The position numbers and the translations under genes were made by a program. Source: a virus (taxonomy: Duplodnaviria > Heunggongvirae > Uroviricota > Caudoviricetes). From it: a stretch of DNA of 18,636 bases. The notes beneath the pieces were generated by a model that saw nothing but the letters and a program-made list of their open reading frames with translations, was not told where the DNA came from and searched no databases. The first letter of the stretch is position 1. Each line of letters starts with the position of its first letter. Positions 7,959 through 15,879 of this stretch are shown piece after piece. The stretch lies in IMG/VR virus record IMGVR_UViG_2690316267_000010. One strand, written 5' to 3'.

Positions 7959-8966
7959 TCACCCCCTGAATCCTTCCGGGATCTGGCTGTAGTCCACGTT
8001 GTCGTAACTGGCTTTGAAGTACGGGTCCTCGCGTCTGGCTGCAGATACCGCAGGAACTTCCCAGGATTCTTCGAAATGACGATCCGGACCAAAGAACGTC
8101 GACGCCTGCTTCACGAACTGGGTACCGGTATTTCCAGAGACACGCACCCAGGCGGCATAGCGTTTCACACCGTCGAGCATGGTTTCGGGTGTCACACCTT
8201 CCCTGATTCGGGCTTTCCAGGCTTTAAAAGCGGCGGATTTTGAATTACCACCAGCACGTTTGGGATATTCCTGCCAGGCCTGTTCAAATTCCGGTGAATA
8301 TTCCTGTCTGGCAGAACGCGCTGGTGCAGACGCGTCAGCGGATGCGCCAATAGTGTTTTTAGTCTCCGTTGTAATCTCTGTAGTAATCTCTGTAGTAATC
8401 TCTGTAGTAATCTCTGTATTTGTATCAACATTCGGCGTATCCCCTGTTCCGTTATGACGTCGGGGGGTGTTCCGTTTTAACGTAATAGCTGTATCGCTGA
8501 TTGCATTATTGCTGTTACTTTCTGGCGAAACAGAAGAAGGTGTGGTGATGGCCGCAATTGCCTGTGGGTTGATCCCGACAAACAAAATATTGCTGCATTT
8601 CACCCCATCGAGCATTTCCACCGTGCGTAAATCCAGAGTAATAAACCCTGCATCGCGCAGACGCTTCAGCGCATCTGCGGTTTCCCTTTTCCCGAAACCA
8701 AACTGCTCAGCAAACGCCTGGTAGCTTCTTTGCAGTTTGTCGCCCTGAAAACGCTTGCGATATCCCAGCAACGCTCCGGTGTGCTCATCCCTGACCTCTG
8801 TCGGGCGGTACCAGTAAACGATCTCTGAAAGCAGAGCGATAGCCGTCGCATCCGGACGCCCACTGGGTAGTCGAATATATTTCCACCAGGTCGCAGGTGT
8901 AACATTGCCGGAAATATTAATTTGACCAATAGCCATAACTTCCGGTGTGGGGGCGTAACGGCTCAT
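7959..8966 (-). CDS. Putative replication-initiation protein (lambda O-like domain organisation)
   Basis: ATG with GGAAGGAGG RBS; N-terminal domain, central TEITTEITTEITTEITTE linker encoded by 12-bp DNA repeats, and a conserved-looking C-terminal domain (EFEQAWQEYPKRAGGNSKSAAFKAWKARIREGVTPETMLDGVKRYAAWV). Position in the operon matches a replication gene. Confidence 0.5.
   Translation of the reverse strand: MSRYAPTPEVMAIGQINISGNVTPATWWKYIRLPSGRPDATAIALLSEIVYWYRPTEVRDEHTGALLGYRKRFQGDKLQRSYQAFAEQFGFGKRETADALKRLRDAGFITLDLRTVEMLDGVKCSNILFVGINPQAIAAITTPSSVSPESNSNNAISDTAITLKRNTPRRHNGTGDTPNVDTNTEITTEITTEITTEITTETKNTIGASADASAPARSARQEYSPEFEQAWQEYPKRAGGNSKSAAFKAWKARIREGVTPETMLDGVKRYAAWVRVSGNTGTQFVKQASTFFGPDRHFEESWEVPAVSAARREDPYFKASYDNVDYSQIPEGFRG
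8371..8418. repeat. Four perfect tandem copies of a 12-bp unit (GTAATCTCTGTA); candidate origin iterons inside the O-like gene
   Basis: Directly visible at 8371-8382, 8383-8394, 8395-8406, 8407-8418, with a degenerate copy upstream (TCTCCGTT). Confidence 0.6.
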
Positions 8967-9262
8967 ACAACCTCCTTCCGCAGCATGAGAATTGTGTAGC
9001 CACGCGCAGGTTGTAGTCTGGCTTTTGCATCAATAGTAAGCGTTGCAATTTTTCGGATATGAAGATAACCAGCTCTTTCCAGTGCCAGGGTTTCCCTGAA
9101 TATCGCTTGCTTAGAACAACAGCAGAAATCAGCAAGCACCTGATGATCAATAACTCTCTCGCCTTCACCGTCTGAAGAACCCGACATCAAAACACGCAAC
9201 ATAATCAGGCGCTGAATCGGGTTATCGAAAGCACATCCGCACACAAACTGAAAACAGTTCAC
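8963..9262 (-). CDS. Hypothetical protein (99 aa), possible winged-helix DNA-binding
   Basis: GTG start with GGGAGGTG RBS; GTGA overlap with the upstream gene; HTH-like segment QVLADFCCCSKQAIFRETLALERAGYLHIRK. Confidence 0.45.
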   Translation of the reverse strand: MNCFQFVCGCAFDNPIQRLIMLRVLMSGSSDGEGERVIDHQVLADFCCCSKQAIFRETLALERAGYLHIRKIATLTIDAKARLQPARGYTILMLRKEVV

Positions 9263-9483
9263 GCCACACCTCCCAGACGCTTAAACATTTTTCCGGAGCA
9301 AAAGGCTATAAGCGGCATACTGACGCGGTAATTACGGCCCAGCGGTTCACAAACCACCTTCTGACATTCACGGTCAACCAGGCTAACACGTAGAACATGC
9401 CCAGCAGGCGTGGTGTACCACTGACCCGGACGAGGACAACGGAAAGTATGATTGGTAAACCGTTTGAAAATATTCCGGATCAT
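9259..9483 (-). CDS. Hypothetical protein (74 aa)
   Basis: ATG overlapping the stop of the upstream Rha-domain gene (ATGA); sits inside a tightly coupled operon. Confidence 0.45.
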   Translation of the reverse strand: MIRNIFKRFTNHTFRCPRPGQWYTTPAGHVLRVSLVDRECQKVVCEPLGRNYRVSMPLIAFCSGKMFKRLGGVA

Positions 9484-10640
9484 TTGCGCCCCCTTACCTC
9501 TGAAGGGTTCAGCGACAAATTTATGAGACTGGCCAGCGCCGAAGCATCATTAATATAGTCATATAAGCTAACAGCCAGCGGAGATTCGGCTTTTGCCAAC
9601 ATAGGATAAAGCTGCTGCAGCCAGACCTGATGAATTGATGAAATGTAGGAACAGAGAACGCTGGCGTTATGTGCAACGTCGCTCGGTACAGCGGGCTTTG
9701 AAAGCTGTTTCTCCATCTGGTTAAAGGCATTTATGTATGCCTCTTTGAACCGGGCAGCACGTTTACCCGTGAAACCCATAGCAAGAAACGCAAAACCGTC
9801 TCGTGTGATTTGATAGCAAGGGAGCTTGCGTGTACCACCGTTCGGTTGATTTACCGAAATCGATGTCTCCGCAAAATTGCGGGCACAAAACTCTGGGGAA
9901 CAATCCAGAGTGCGGATCTTTTTCAGCACATCGTCGTGACGCTTGGAGAAGAAGTTGGCAACAGCCAAAGAAGTGGTAACGGCCTGGCCGTTGTCAATGG
10001 TGATTTCAGGTTGAGTGAGGGCTGGGATCGTAGCCATGATGGCAGCCTCCGTTGACAGTGAAAAACTTCCACCACCGGAAACGCCAATTTCACTGGTGGT
10101 GAACTGGACGGGGTTGGCGTAACCGGCGTCAACGGAGACCGGCGCACCTTTCGGTGCCCCCGCCCAGCCCACCATAATCTGGATGTGAGCAAATGCGGAC
10201 GATAAAAAAGACGCTGGCGCGTCATACATCGCCGTTGACAATTTCAGGACGCCAATCCCGGCACCCGCTTTATAAGGTGCCTGAGCAGTGTAACGTCCCG
10301 GAATTGCAGAATCAATATGCTGGTGGTCCTTCACACTCAACAAAATCACGCCTGAATTTCCACAAAGGACTAAAGCACTCATGCGGGTAGTCTTTGCGAA
10401 GATAGATAACGCGCTGTGTTTCTGGCTCCCAACGAATAACATGGACATAAAGCCCTCTTCCGTCACGAAACCAGCGGTTAAGTTCCTGCACAACTCGCCC
10501 CCCACAGTCAGGTAAAGTTCTCTGTGGTTACTTACAGCCAGGTGATTTGGTAATCTGCATTCATGCCGTAACAACAGGTGTTCAGCGACGCTGACCACCA
10601 GCTGTTGCGACAAACGGTTATTTGCCGTTAAACTATTCAT
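9480..10640 (-). CDS. Rha-family phage regulatory domain protein with a long unrecognised N-terminal region
   Basis: 386-codon stop-free frame; ATG overlaps the YdaT-like stop (ATGA). Residues ~220-320 (VTTSLAVANFFSKRHDDVLKKIRTLD...CYQITRDGFAFLAMGFTGKRAARFKEAYINAFNQME) match the Rha domain; the first ~215 aa were not recognised. Confidence 0.55.
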   Translation of the reverse strand: MNSLTANNRLSQQLVVSVAEHLLLRHECRLPNHLAVSNHRELYLTVGGELCRNLTAGFVTEEGFMSMLFVGSQKHSALSIFAKTTRMSALVLCGNSGVILLSVKDHQHIDSAIPGRYTAQAPYKAGAGIGVLKLSTAMYDAPASFLSSAFAHIQIMVGWAGAPKGAPVSVDAGYANPVQFTTSEIGVSGGGSFSLSTEAAIMATIPALTQPEITIDNGQAVTTSLAVANFFSKRHDDVLKKIRTLDCSPEFCARNFAETSISVNQPNGGTRKLPCYQITRDGFAFLAMGFTGKRAARFKEAYINAFNQMEKQLSKPAVPSDVAHNASVLCSYISSIHQVWLQQLYPMLAKAESPLAVSLYDYINDASALASLINLSLNPSEVRGRK

Positions 10641-11194
10641 GCGTTAGTTTCTCCACAACCAGAAGCAATCGACGCCACGACGCCCGGAGCTGCACACTCG
10701 CGGGCGTTACTATTTTCTGGAGCGCAGAAGATTTTGTAGACCAGTGCTGCATGCTCCTGGAGCTTCGAAATTGAAAGATACAGTTCGTCGTTAATTGCTG
10801 TCTTCTCATGCGGTTCCACTACACCGTCTTCGATTGCTGAACGAATCTGTTTTGAATAACTGCCGATCTGTTCAATGACTTCCAGTAAACGCTGGTTAAT
10901 ATCGGCATTGTCCACATCCTCGACGTCAGGAAGAGACACAAAGACGCCATTTGCAGACTGCGCCACAGCGTCAGCAATGAAGTGAGTGCCACCAGCACGT
11001 TGTAAAATCATTGCCCATCCCAGCGGGAAAATCTGATCGCCATCGGCACGAAGGCGGTTAAATAATGCGTTCTCTGTTACATCCAGCCACTCAGCAGCTT
11101 CAGCGTAACCCTCCGGCAACGCCGCGATAGTTTTTCTGACAGCTTTCACGTACCACTCAGGCTGTTTTTCCACTTTCCAGTGATGATTACCCAC
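10637..11194 (-). CDS. cII-position regulator, putatively YdaT-like
   Basis: GTG start with AGGAGG RBS 6-7 nt upstream; 185 aa; second gene after cro, the position occupied by ydaT in Rac/CP-933P-type prophages. Family call is from memory. Confidence 0.45.
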   Translation of the reverse strand: MGNHHWKVEKQPEWYVKAVRKTIAALPEGYAEAAEWLDVTENALFNRLRADGDQIFPLGWAMILQRAGGTHFIADAVAQSANGVFVSLPDVEDVDNADINQRLLEVIEQIGSYSKQIRSAIEDGVVEPHEKTAINDELYLSISKLQEHAALVYKIFCAPENSNARECAAPGVVASIASGCGETNA

Positions 11195-11447
11195 GGCTTA
11201 CCTCCTGTTCCTGTGGTTTAAACCCATTCTGGTTTTGGCTAGATTGAAAACGTGCCGGATAAAGAATCTGCATTTCGCTGATTTCACCCTTAAAAAAATT
11301 GGCCAGACGTTCTGCAAGATCGATAGATGGAATTTGTTCCAGTCTTTCAATACGACTCAGCGTCGCTGGATTGACCTGAACGCCAGCAGCAACATGCTGC
11401 AAAGTAAATCCGTGCGCCTTACGCACATTCCGTAATGGTGATTGCAT
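11187..11447 (-). CDS. Cro-like HTH (XRE-family) repressor
   Basis: 86 aa, GGAGG RBS, HTH segment FTLQHVAAGVQVNPATLSRIER; transcribed divergently from the CI-like repressor. Confidence 0.7.
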   Translation of the reverse strand: MQSPLRNVRKAHGFTLQHVAAGVQVNPATLSRIERLEQIPSIDLAERLANFFKGEISEMQILYPARFQSSQNQNGFKPQEQEVSRG

Positions 11448-11544
11448 ATGACCTCCACATATTGCGTGATGAGCATATTATTTCACGCAAATATTTTGCG
11501 CAAGTTGATTTGCTTAACGCGCAATAAAGAAATGTAATAAACGC
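11448..11544. promoter_or_regulatory. OR-like divergent control region between cro-like and cI-like genes
   Basis: 97-bp AT-rich intergenic region with repeated TTGCG/CGCAA half-sites: TTGCGTGATGAGCAT (11462-11476), TTGCGCAA (11496-11503), TTGCTTAACGCGCAA (11510-11524). Confidence 0.5.
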
Positions 11545-12237
11545 ATGAACATAGGAAACCGAGTCAGACAACTTCGCCAGGCGAAGAACATGAAAATCGC
11601 CGATCTCGCTGAAGCAATAGGAGTGGATGCGGCGAATATCTCACGCCTGGAAACAGGTAAGCAGAAACAATTCACTGAACAAGCCCTGAGTAATATTGCC
11701 AGGAGCTTAGGTGTTGATATTGCTGATCTCTTTACCTCAGACGTCAAAAGTAATACTGTATGTAAAAACAGTATTAGTGAGGATGTTGCGCAGGTGAAGG
11801 ATGTATTCCGTATTGAAATGCTGGATGTCAGTGCCAGTGCGGGAAATGGCCTTATCCAGGGCGGTGATGTCATTGATGTGATTCATGCCATTGAATACAG
11901 AACTGATAATGCTGTATCGATGTTTGGCGGACGGCCAGCCAATCACATTAAAGTTATCAACGTTCGTGGGGACAGTATGTGTCCAACCATTGAGCCAGGA
12001 GATCTCATCTTCGTTGATGTCAGTATCAATCAGTTTGATGGAGATGGTATCTATGTATTTGGTTTTGATGATAAAATTTATGTCAAACGACTGCAAATGA
12101 TACCTGACAAACTACTGGTGATTTCTGATAACCAGATTTACCGTGAATGGGGAATTACCAGCGAAAATGAACACCGGTTTATGGTCTTTGGAAAGGTCTT
12201 AATCAGCCAGTCACAAACCCTTAAGCGACACAATTAA
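11545..12237 (+). CDS. CI-type prophage repressor (N-terminal HTH + C-terminal LexA/S24 peptidase-like domain)
   Basis: 230 aa; N-terminal XRE HTH (KIADLAEAIGVDAANISRLETGK); C-terminal S24-like region with GDSM (Ser) and downstream KR (FVDVS...YVKRL). Confidence 0.85.
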   Translation: MNIGNRVRQLRQAKNMKIADLAEAIGVDAANISRLETGKQKQFTEQALSNIARSLGVDIADLFTSDVKSNTVCKNSISEDVAQVKDVFRIEMLDVSASAGNGLIQGGDVIDVIHAIEYRTDNAVSMFGGRPANHIKVINVRGDSMCPTIEPGDLIFVDVSINQFDGDGIYVFGFDDKIYVKRLQMIPDKLLVISDNQIYREWGITSENEHRFMVFGKVLISQSQTLKRHN

Positions 12238-12257
12238 CCCTTACCTCCTCATCAATT

Positions 12258-12281
12258 AGCCACCCAAAGGTGGCTTTTCAT
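12258..12281 (+). terminator. Intrinsic terminator after the repressor gene
   Basis: AGCCACC-CAAA-GGTGGCT hairpin followed by TTTT, 21 nt after the stop codon. Confidence 0.6.
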
Positions 12282-12292
12282 TACCCTTTAAA

Positions 12293-12331
12293 TTGCATAT
12301 CTCGCAATAAAAACACTTGCATAATGCGCAA
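12293..12331 (+). promoter_or_regulatory. OL/PL-like operator pair
   Basis: Two 15-bp near-palindromes TTGCATATCTCGCAA (12293-12307) and TTGCATAATGCGCAA (12317-12331), same TTGC-N7-GCAA pattern as the site at 11510-11524; promoter hexamers not confidently placed. Confidence 0.5.
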
Positions 12332-12776
12332 CTTCATTTTATCTTTCTTTCCAGACAAACAAACAAGGTACTAACAAAATTTGGTTGTAACACGGCGTAT
12401 GGCACATGCGTCGTTAGCGGTCTGGGGACGTTAAAGGGGACAATCCACTCCTTGCTCGAGCAAACAAACCAGGTAGCCGGAATGTGCAAGTCAATGATGA
12501 TGCTGATAAGACGCCTAACCAGCGTGGCGGTTCGGTTTGACACCTGGGAAGAGACCAGGGTGCAACGATGAGGGCATTTATGGAACCGCGACAAAGTGTG
12601 GTGCCGTAACTGGCTAAGTGCTCTCAGCGTTGTGGTGAATGCGCAGGCTGATGCGCGAAAGACATTGCAGCTATTGCGGAAAAGAGCTGTTCGGCGGGGC
12701 AATTAAACGCCCGTGAGAGTCTGAAATAACCGCAAGCCGGAGATCAGCACCGGTCACCACAACAGCCACTGCTTTG

Positions 12777-12822
12777 GCGGTACCAGTTTGTACACTTGCT
12801 TCCGGCTGGTACCGCTCTTTTT
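12777..12822 (+). terminator. Intrinsic terminator within the early-left leader
   Basis: Perfect 10-bp inverted repeat GCGGTACCAG ... CTGGTACCGC (loop 19 nt) followed by TCTTTTTT. Confidence 0.5.
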
Positions 12823-12911
12823 ACAAAACAGAGAAGAGCATCACCGGCCGACGGGCTCATAACCCAATCCATCCGGGCGGCTGCCACCGCAGGTGTTCTT
12901 CTCTGTTTTGT
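12823..12911 (+). repeat. Long inverted repeat (17-bp arms, 16/17 matches, ~55-nt spacer); possible structured leader RNA
   Basis: ACAAAACAGAGAAGAGC (12823-12839) pairs with GTTCTTCTCTGTTTTGT (12895-12911); lies between the leader terminator and the first early-left gene. Confidence 0.5.
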
Positions 12912-12959
12912 GGAGAAACCAACCGACCTTGCAGGGTCGATATGATGAGGAGCAGCAAA

Positions 12960-13322
12960 ATGGCTAGCGAACGCAGTACTGATGTGCAGGCATTTATCGG
13001 GGAGCTGGACGGCGGCGTATTTGAAACCAAAATCGGCGCTGTTCTCAGTGAAGTCGCTTCCGGTGTGATGAATACGAAAACCAAAGGTAAGGTCTCGCTC
13101 AACCTGGAAATCGAACCATTTGATGAGAACCGTGTGAAAATCAAACACAAACTCTCATATGTTCGCCCGACTAACCGCGGGAAAATTTCCGAAGAAGACA
13201 CCACCGAAACGCCGATGTATGTCAATCGCGGTGGTCGCCTGACTATTCTGCAGGAAGACCAGGGACAATTACTGACTCTTGCCGGTGAACCTGACGGAAA
13301 ACTCCGCGCAGCAGGTCATTAA
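12960..13322 (+). CDS. Hypothetical protein, 120 aa (same size and position as CPS-53 YfdP)
   Basis: ATG with GAGGAG RBS 8 nt upstream; the longer track ORF (TTG at 12774) is rejected because it begins inside the terminator hairpin. Confidence 0.5.
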   Translation: MASERSTDVQAFIGELDGGVFETKIGAVLSEVASGVMNTKTKGKVSLNLEIEPFDENRVKIKHKLSYVRPTNRGKISEEDTTETPMYVNRGGRLTILQEDQGQLLTLAGEPDGKLRAAGH

Positions 13323-13387
13323 TATCGTTTTTAATAAACTGATTATTTCTCTCATCACTGAATATTTTTATATAGTGAGGACTTATT

Positions 13388-14212
13388 ATGTCTCAGAACT
13401 TAGACGCAACCGCAATTAATCAAATCCATGCCCTTATTTCTGCTCAGGGTGTTAATGAAATTATCAGTAAGATTGGTGCCGATGCTGTGGCATTGCCTGA
13501 GAATTTCCGCATTCATGATCTGGAAAAATTTAATTTAAATCGTTTCCGTTTCCGTGGTGCGCTTTCCACTGCCAGCATCGATGACTTTACTCGTTATTCT
13601 AAAGATCTTGCAGATGAAGGCACCCGCTGCTTTATCGATGCCGATAATATGCGTGCCGTCAGTGTGCTTAACCTGGGTACTATTGATGAGCCAGGTCACG
13701 CAGATAACACTGCCACTCTCAAACTGAAAAAGACAGCACCGTTCTCTGCTCTGTTGTCTGTTAATGGCGAGCGTCATTCCCAGAAGTCACTGGCAGAATG
13801 GATTGAAGACTGGGCCGACTACCTTGTGGGCTTTGATGCTAATGGTGACGCTATTCAGGCAACAAAAGCGGCTGCGGCTGTCCGTAAAATCACGATTGAA
13901 GCAAACCAGACCGCTGATTTTGAAGATAATGACTTCAGCGGCAAACGCTCCCTGATGGAGTCTGTCGAAGCGAAAACCAAAGATATTATGCCAGTGGCAT
14001 TTGAATTTAAATGCGTTCCGTTTGAAGGTCTGAAAGAACGTCCATTTAAATTACGCCTCAGCATTATCACTGGCGATCGTCCTGTACTGGTTCTGCGCAT
14101 TATTCAGCTGGAGGCGGTGCAGGAAGAAATGGCTAACGAATTTCGTGATCTGCTTGTTGAGAAATTCAAAGACAGCAAAGTAGAAACCTTTATTGGTACT
14201 TTCACCGCCTGA
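13388..14212 (+). CDS. yfdQ: DUF2303-family protein (YfdQ-like)
   Basis: 274 aa, GTGAGGA RBS; N-terminus [57 protein letters not shown] matches CPS-53 YfdQ as recalled. Confidence 0.7.
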   Translation: MSQNLDATAINQIHALISAQGVNEIISKIGADAVALPENFRIHDLEKFNLNRFRFRGALSTASIDDFTRYSKDLADEGTRCFIDADNMRAVSVLNLGTIDEPGHADNTATLKLKKTAPFSALLSVNGERHSQKSLAEWIEDWADYLVGFDANGDAIQATKAAAAVRKITIEANQTADFEDNDFSGKRSLMESVEAKTKDIMPVAFEFKCVPFEGLKERPFKLRLSIITGDRPVLVLRIIQLEAVQEEMANEFRDLLVEKFKDSKVETFIGTFTA

Positions 14213-14339
14213 TTTCATTACTGCAAATGCCCCTGCGGGGGCATTTATGGAAACGTAATTGACTCAATAATCGCCGGATGGTGAGGGCTTCCTTTTACCA
14301 GAATTCAGCGTGGTGCAGCACATATACGCGGAGAACAAA

Positions 14340-14864
14340 ATGTCATTTATTAAAACTTTTTCCGGGAAGCATTTTTATTATGACAGGATAAATAAAGACG
14401 ACATCGTGATTAACGATATCGCGGTTTCCCTTTCAAATATCTGTCGCTTTGCCGGTCATCTTTCACACTTCTACAGTGTCGCCCAACATGCGGTGCTTTG
14501 CAGCCAGCTGGTGCCGCAGGAATTTGCTTTTGAAGCGTTAATGCATGATGCAACAGAAGCGTATTGCCAGGACATCCCCACGCCGCTGAAACGTCTTCTT
14601 CCTGACTATAAACGGATGGAAGAAAAAATAGACGCCGTAATCCGTGAGAAATACGGGTTACCCACGGTTATGAGCACGCCTGTGAAATATGCCGATCTCA
14701 TCATGCTGGCAACCGAACGCCGCGATCTCGGGCTTGATGATGGCTCTTTCTGGCCTGTACTGGAAGGTATCCCGGCAACAGAGATGTTCAAAGTTATTCC
14801 ACTGTCGCCAGGCCATGCCTATGGGATGTTTATGGAACGCTTTAAAGAGTTAACTGAGTCGTAA
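14340..14864 (+). CDS. yfdR: HD-domain phosphohydrolase (YfdR-like 5'-deoxynucleotidase)
   Basis: ATG with GGAGAA RBS; 174 aa; HD motif (EALMHDATEAY); follows the YfdQ-like gene as in CPS-53. Confidence 0.7.
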   Translation: MSFIKTFSGKHFYYDRINKDDIVINDIAVSLSNICRFAGHLSHFYSVAQHAVLCSQLVPQEFAFEALMHDATEAYCQDIPTPLKRLLPDYKRMEEKIDAVIREKYGLPTVMSTPVKYADLIMLATERRDLGLDDGSFWPVLEGIPATEMFKVIPLSPGHAYGMFMERFKELTES

Positions 14865-14972
14865 AAATCAGCACGTACGAATTCAAACTCTGCCATAAAA
14901 GAACATATAAGTAATTTATTAACATATAGATATAGGTTATATTACAAATTGAAAAATTATTGGAGAGCAACA

Positions 14973-15839
14973 ATGAATCAAAATCCATTCTCATTCTATG
15001 ACTTTCTTGGATATTTAATACCAGGTGGTTTTTTTATCCTATTAATGTATTTCTGTGGTTTGACATTCGATCTAGATATTGTTATTGACTTAACTGAATT
15101 GCTCAGAGGTCAAAGTCAAATCTTTGGCATTTTGAACTATGGTTCAATAGTAATCATATCTTACATAGCTGGACACTTTATATCTATCACATCCGCATTT
15201 TTTATTGAAAAATATATGAACGAAGAATTGCAATATCCATCAGAATATCTATTTAATAAGTTATCAGATGACAAAAAAAACGTCTTAACACCATCAAGTG
15301 ACAAACAGAACGAAGACACAAAGAGAAAAATAAAATACTGCATAATCAAAGTAATGTTATTCCCGATAATACCATGGGATTACGCCACTCAAAAACTATG
15401 TTATTCACAATCATTGCCATTTCAATTAGCTAATACCACATGGCTAATGATCAAAGAAGGTTATGAAAAAAAATTCAGAATAGACGATAAATTATTAAAC
15501 ATCAGGACAGGTCTTCATGATGATCTTTTCAGATTGGCTTATCATTACGTCTATGAATTTTCTAATCAACATCAAACAAAAATTCAAAACTATGTTGCAT
15601 TATATGGTTTTTGCAGAAATATTTGTTTAGTATTTGTAATTACATTTTGGATATCATTTCTAACATTAATTTATCGTGCTATAGAAGGTGGGGCGGTGTC
15701 TTATATTTCTATTTCGACGCTACTTAGCTTTTTCTTCGTCTATGTTTTTTATGTTGGATTCGTTAAGTTTTATAGACGATATACTTTAGAGGTATTAATG
15801 GCATTTGCTGTACTTCAGAGCAAAGATGCTATTAATTAA
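14973..15839 (+). CDS. AT-rich multi-pass membrane protein (288 aa), function not recognised
   Basis: ATG with GGAGAG RBS; hydrophobic segments FLGYLIPGGFFILLMYFCGL, IVIISYIAGHFISITSAFF, ICLVFVITFWISFLTLIY, ISISTLLSFFFVYVFYVGFV around a hydrophilic central region; much lower GC than its neighbours. Confidence 0.6.
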   Translation: MNQNPFSFYDFLGYLIPGGFFILLMYFCGLTFDLDIVIDLTELLRGQSQIFGILNYGSIVIISYIAGHFISITSAFFIEKYMNEELQYPSEYLFNKLSDDKKNVLTPSSDKQNEDTKRKIKYCIIKVMLFPIIPWDYATQKLCYSQSLPFQLANTTWLMIKEGYEKKFRIDDKLLNIRTGLHDDLFRLAYHYVYEFSNQHQTKIQNYVALYGFCRNICLVFVITFWISFLTLIYRAIEGGAVSYISISTLLSFFFVYVFYVGFVKFYRRYTLEVLMAFAVLQSKDAIN

Positions 15840-15879
15840 TATATTACCCTCGGGTGCAGCCGGGATAATGGAGAAATTT

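Noticed and set aside
8179-8457. Plus-strand ORF 8179-8457 (VISVVISVV repeat) and the idea that the 12-bp repeats are a CRISPR array
   Set aside because: The ORF is the antisense reading of the TEIT-repeat region of the O-like gene; the repeats are 12 bp, strictly tandem, without spacers, and inside a coding frame.
9923-10225. Minus-strand ORF 9923-10225 (Pro/Ser-rich) and plus-strand ORFs 9810-10055 and 10193-10390
   Set aside because: They are embedded in or antisense to the 386-codon Rha-domain frame, which has the translational-coupling signal; compositionally junk-like.
11514-12096. Minus-strand ORFs 11514-11873 and 11737-12096, and plus ORF 11885-12100
   Set aside because: They are antisense or out of frame relative to the clearly recognisable CI-type repressor gene.
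12340-12780. Short Arg-rich ORFs in the early-left leader (e.g. MRRLMRERHCSYCGKELFGGAIKRP, 25 aa) as a possible N-like antiterminator
   Set aside because: Too short with weak RBS; cannot be supported from sequence alone and is mentioned only as a possibility under the leader finding.
12317-13225. ORFs 12317-12571 (+), 12334-12702 (-), 12744-13148 (-), 12857-13225 (-) and the TTG-initiated N-terminal extension of 12774-13322
   Set aside because: 12317 starts inside the operator with a TTG; the minus ORFs are antisense to the leader and the YfdP-like gene; the extension starts inside the terminator hairpin, while the ATG at 12960 has a GAGGAG RBS.
13535-14100. Minus-strand ORFs 13535-13777 and 13855-14100, plus ORF 13764-13955
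   Set aside because: They lie inside the well-supported YfdQ-like gene on the opposite strand or in another frame.
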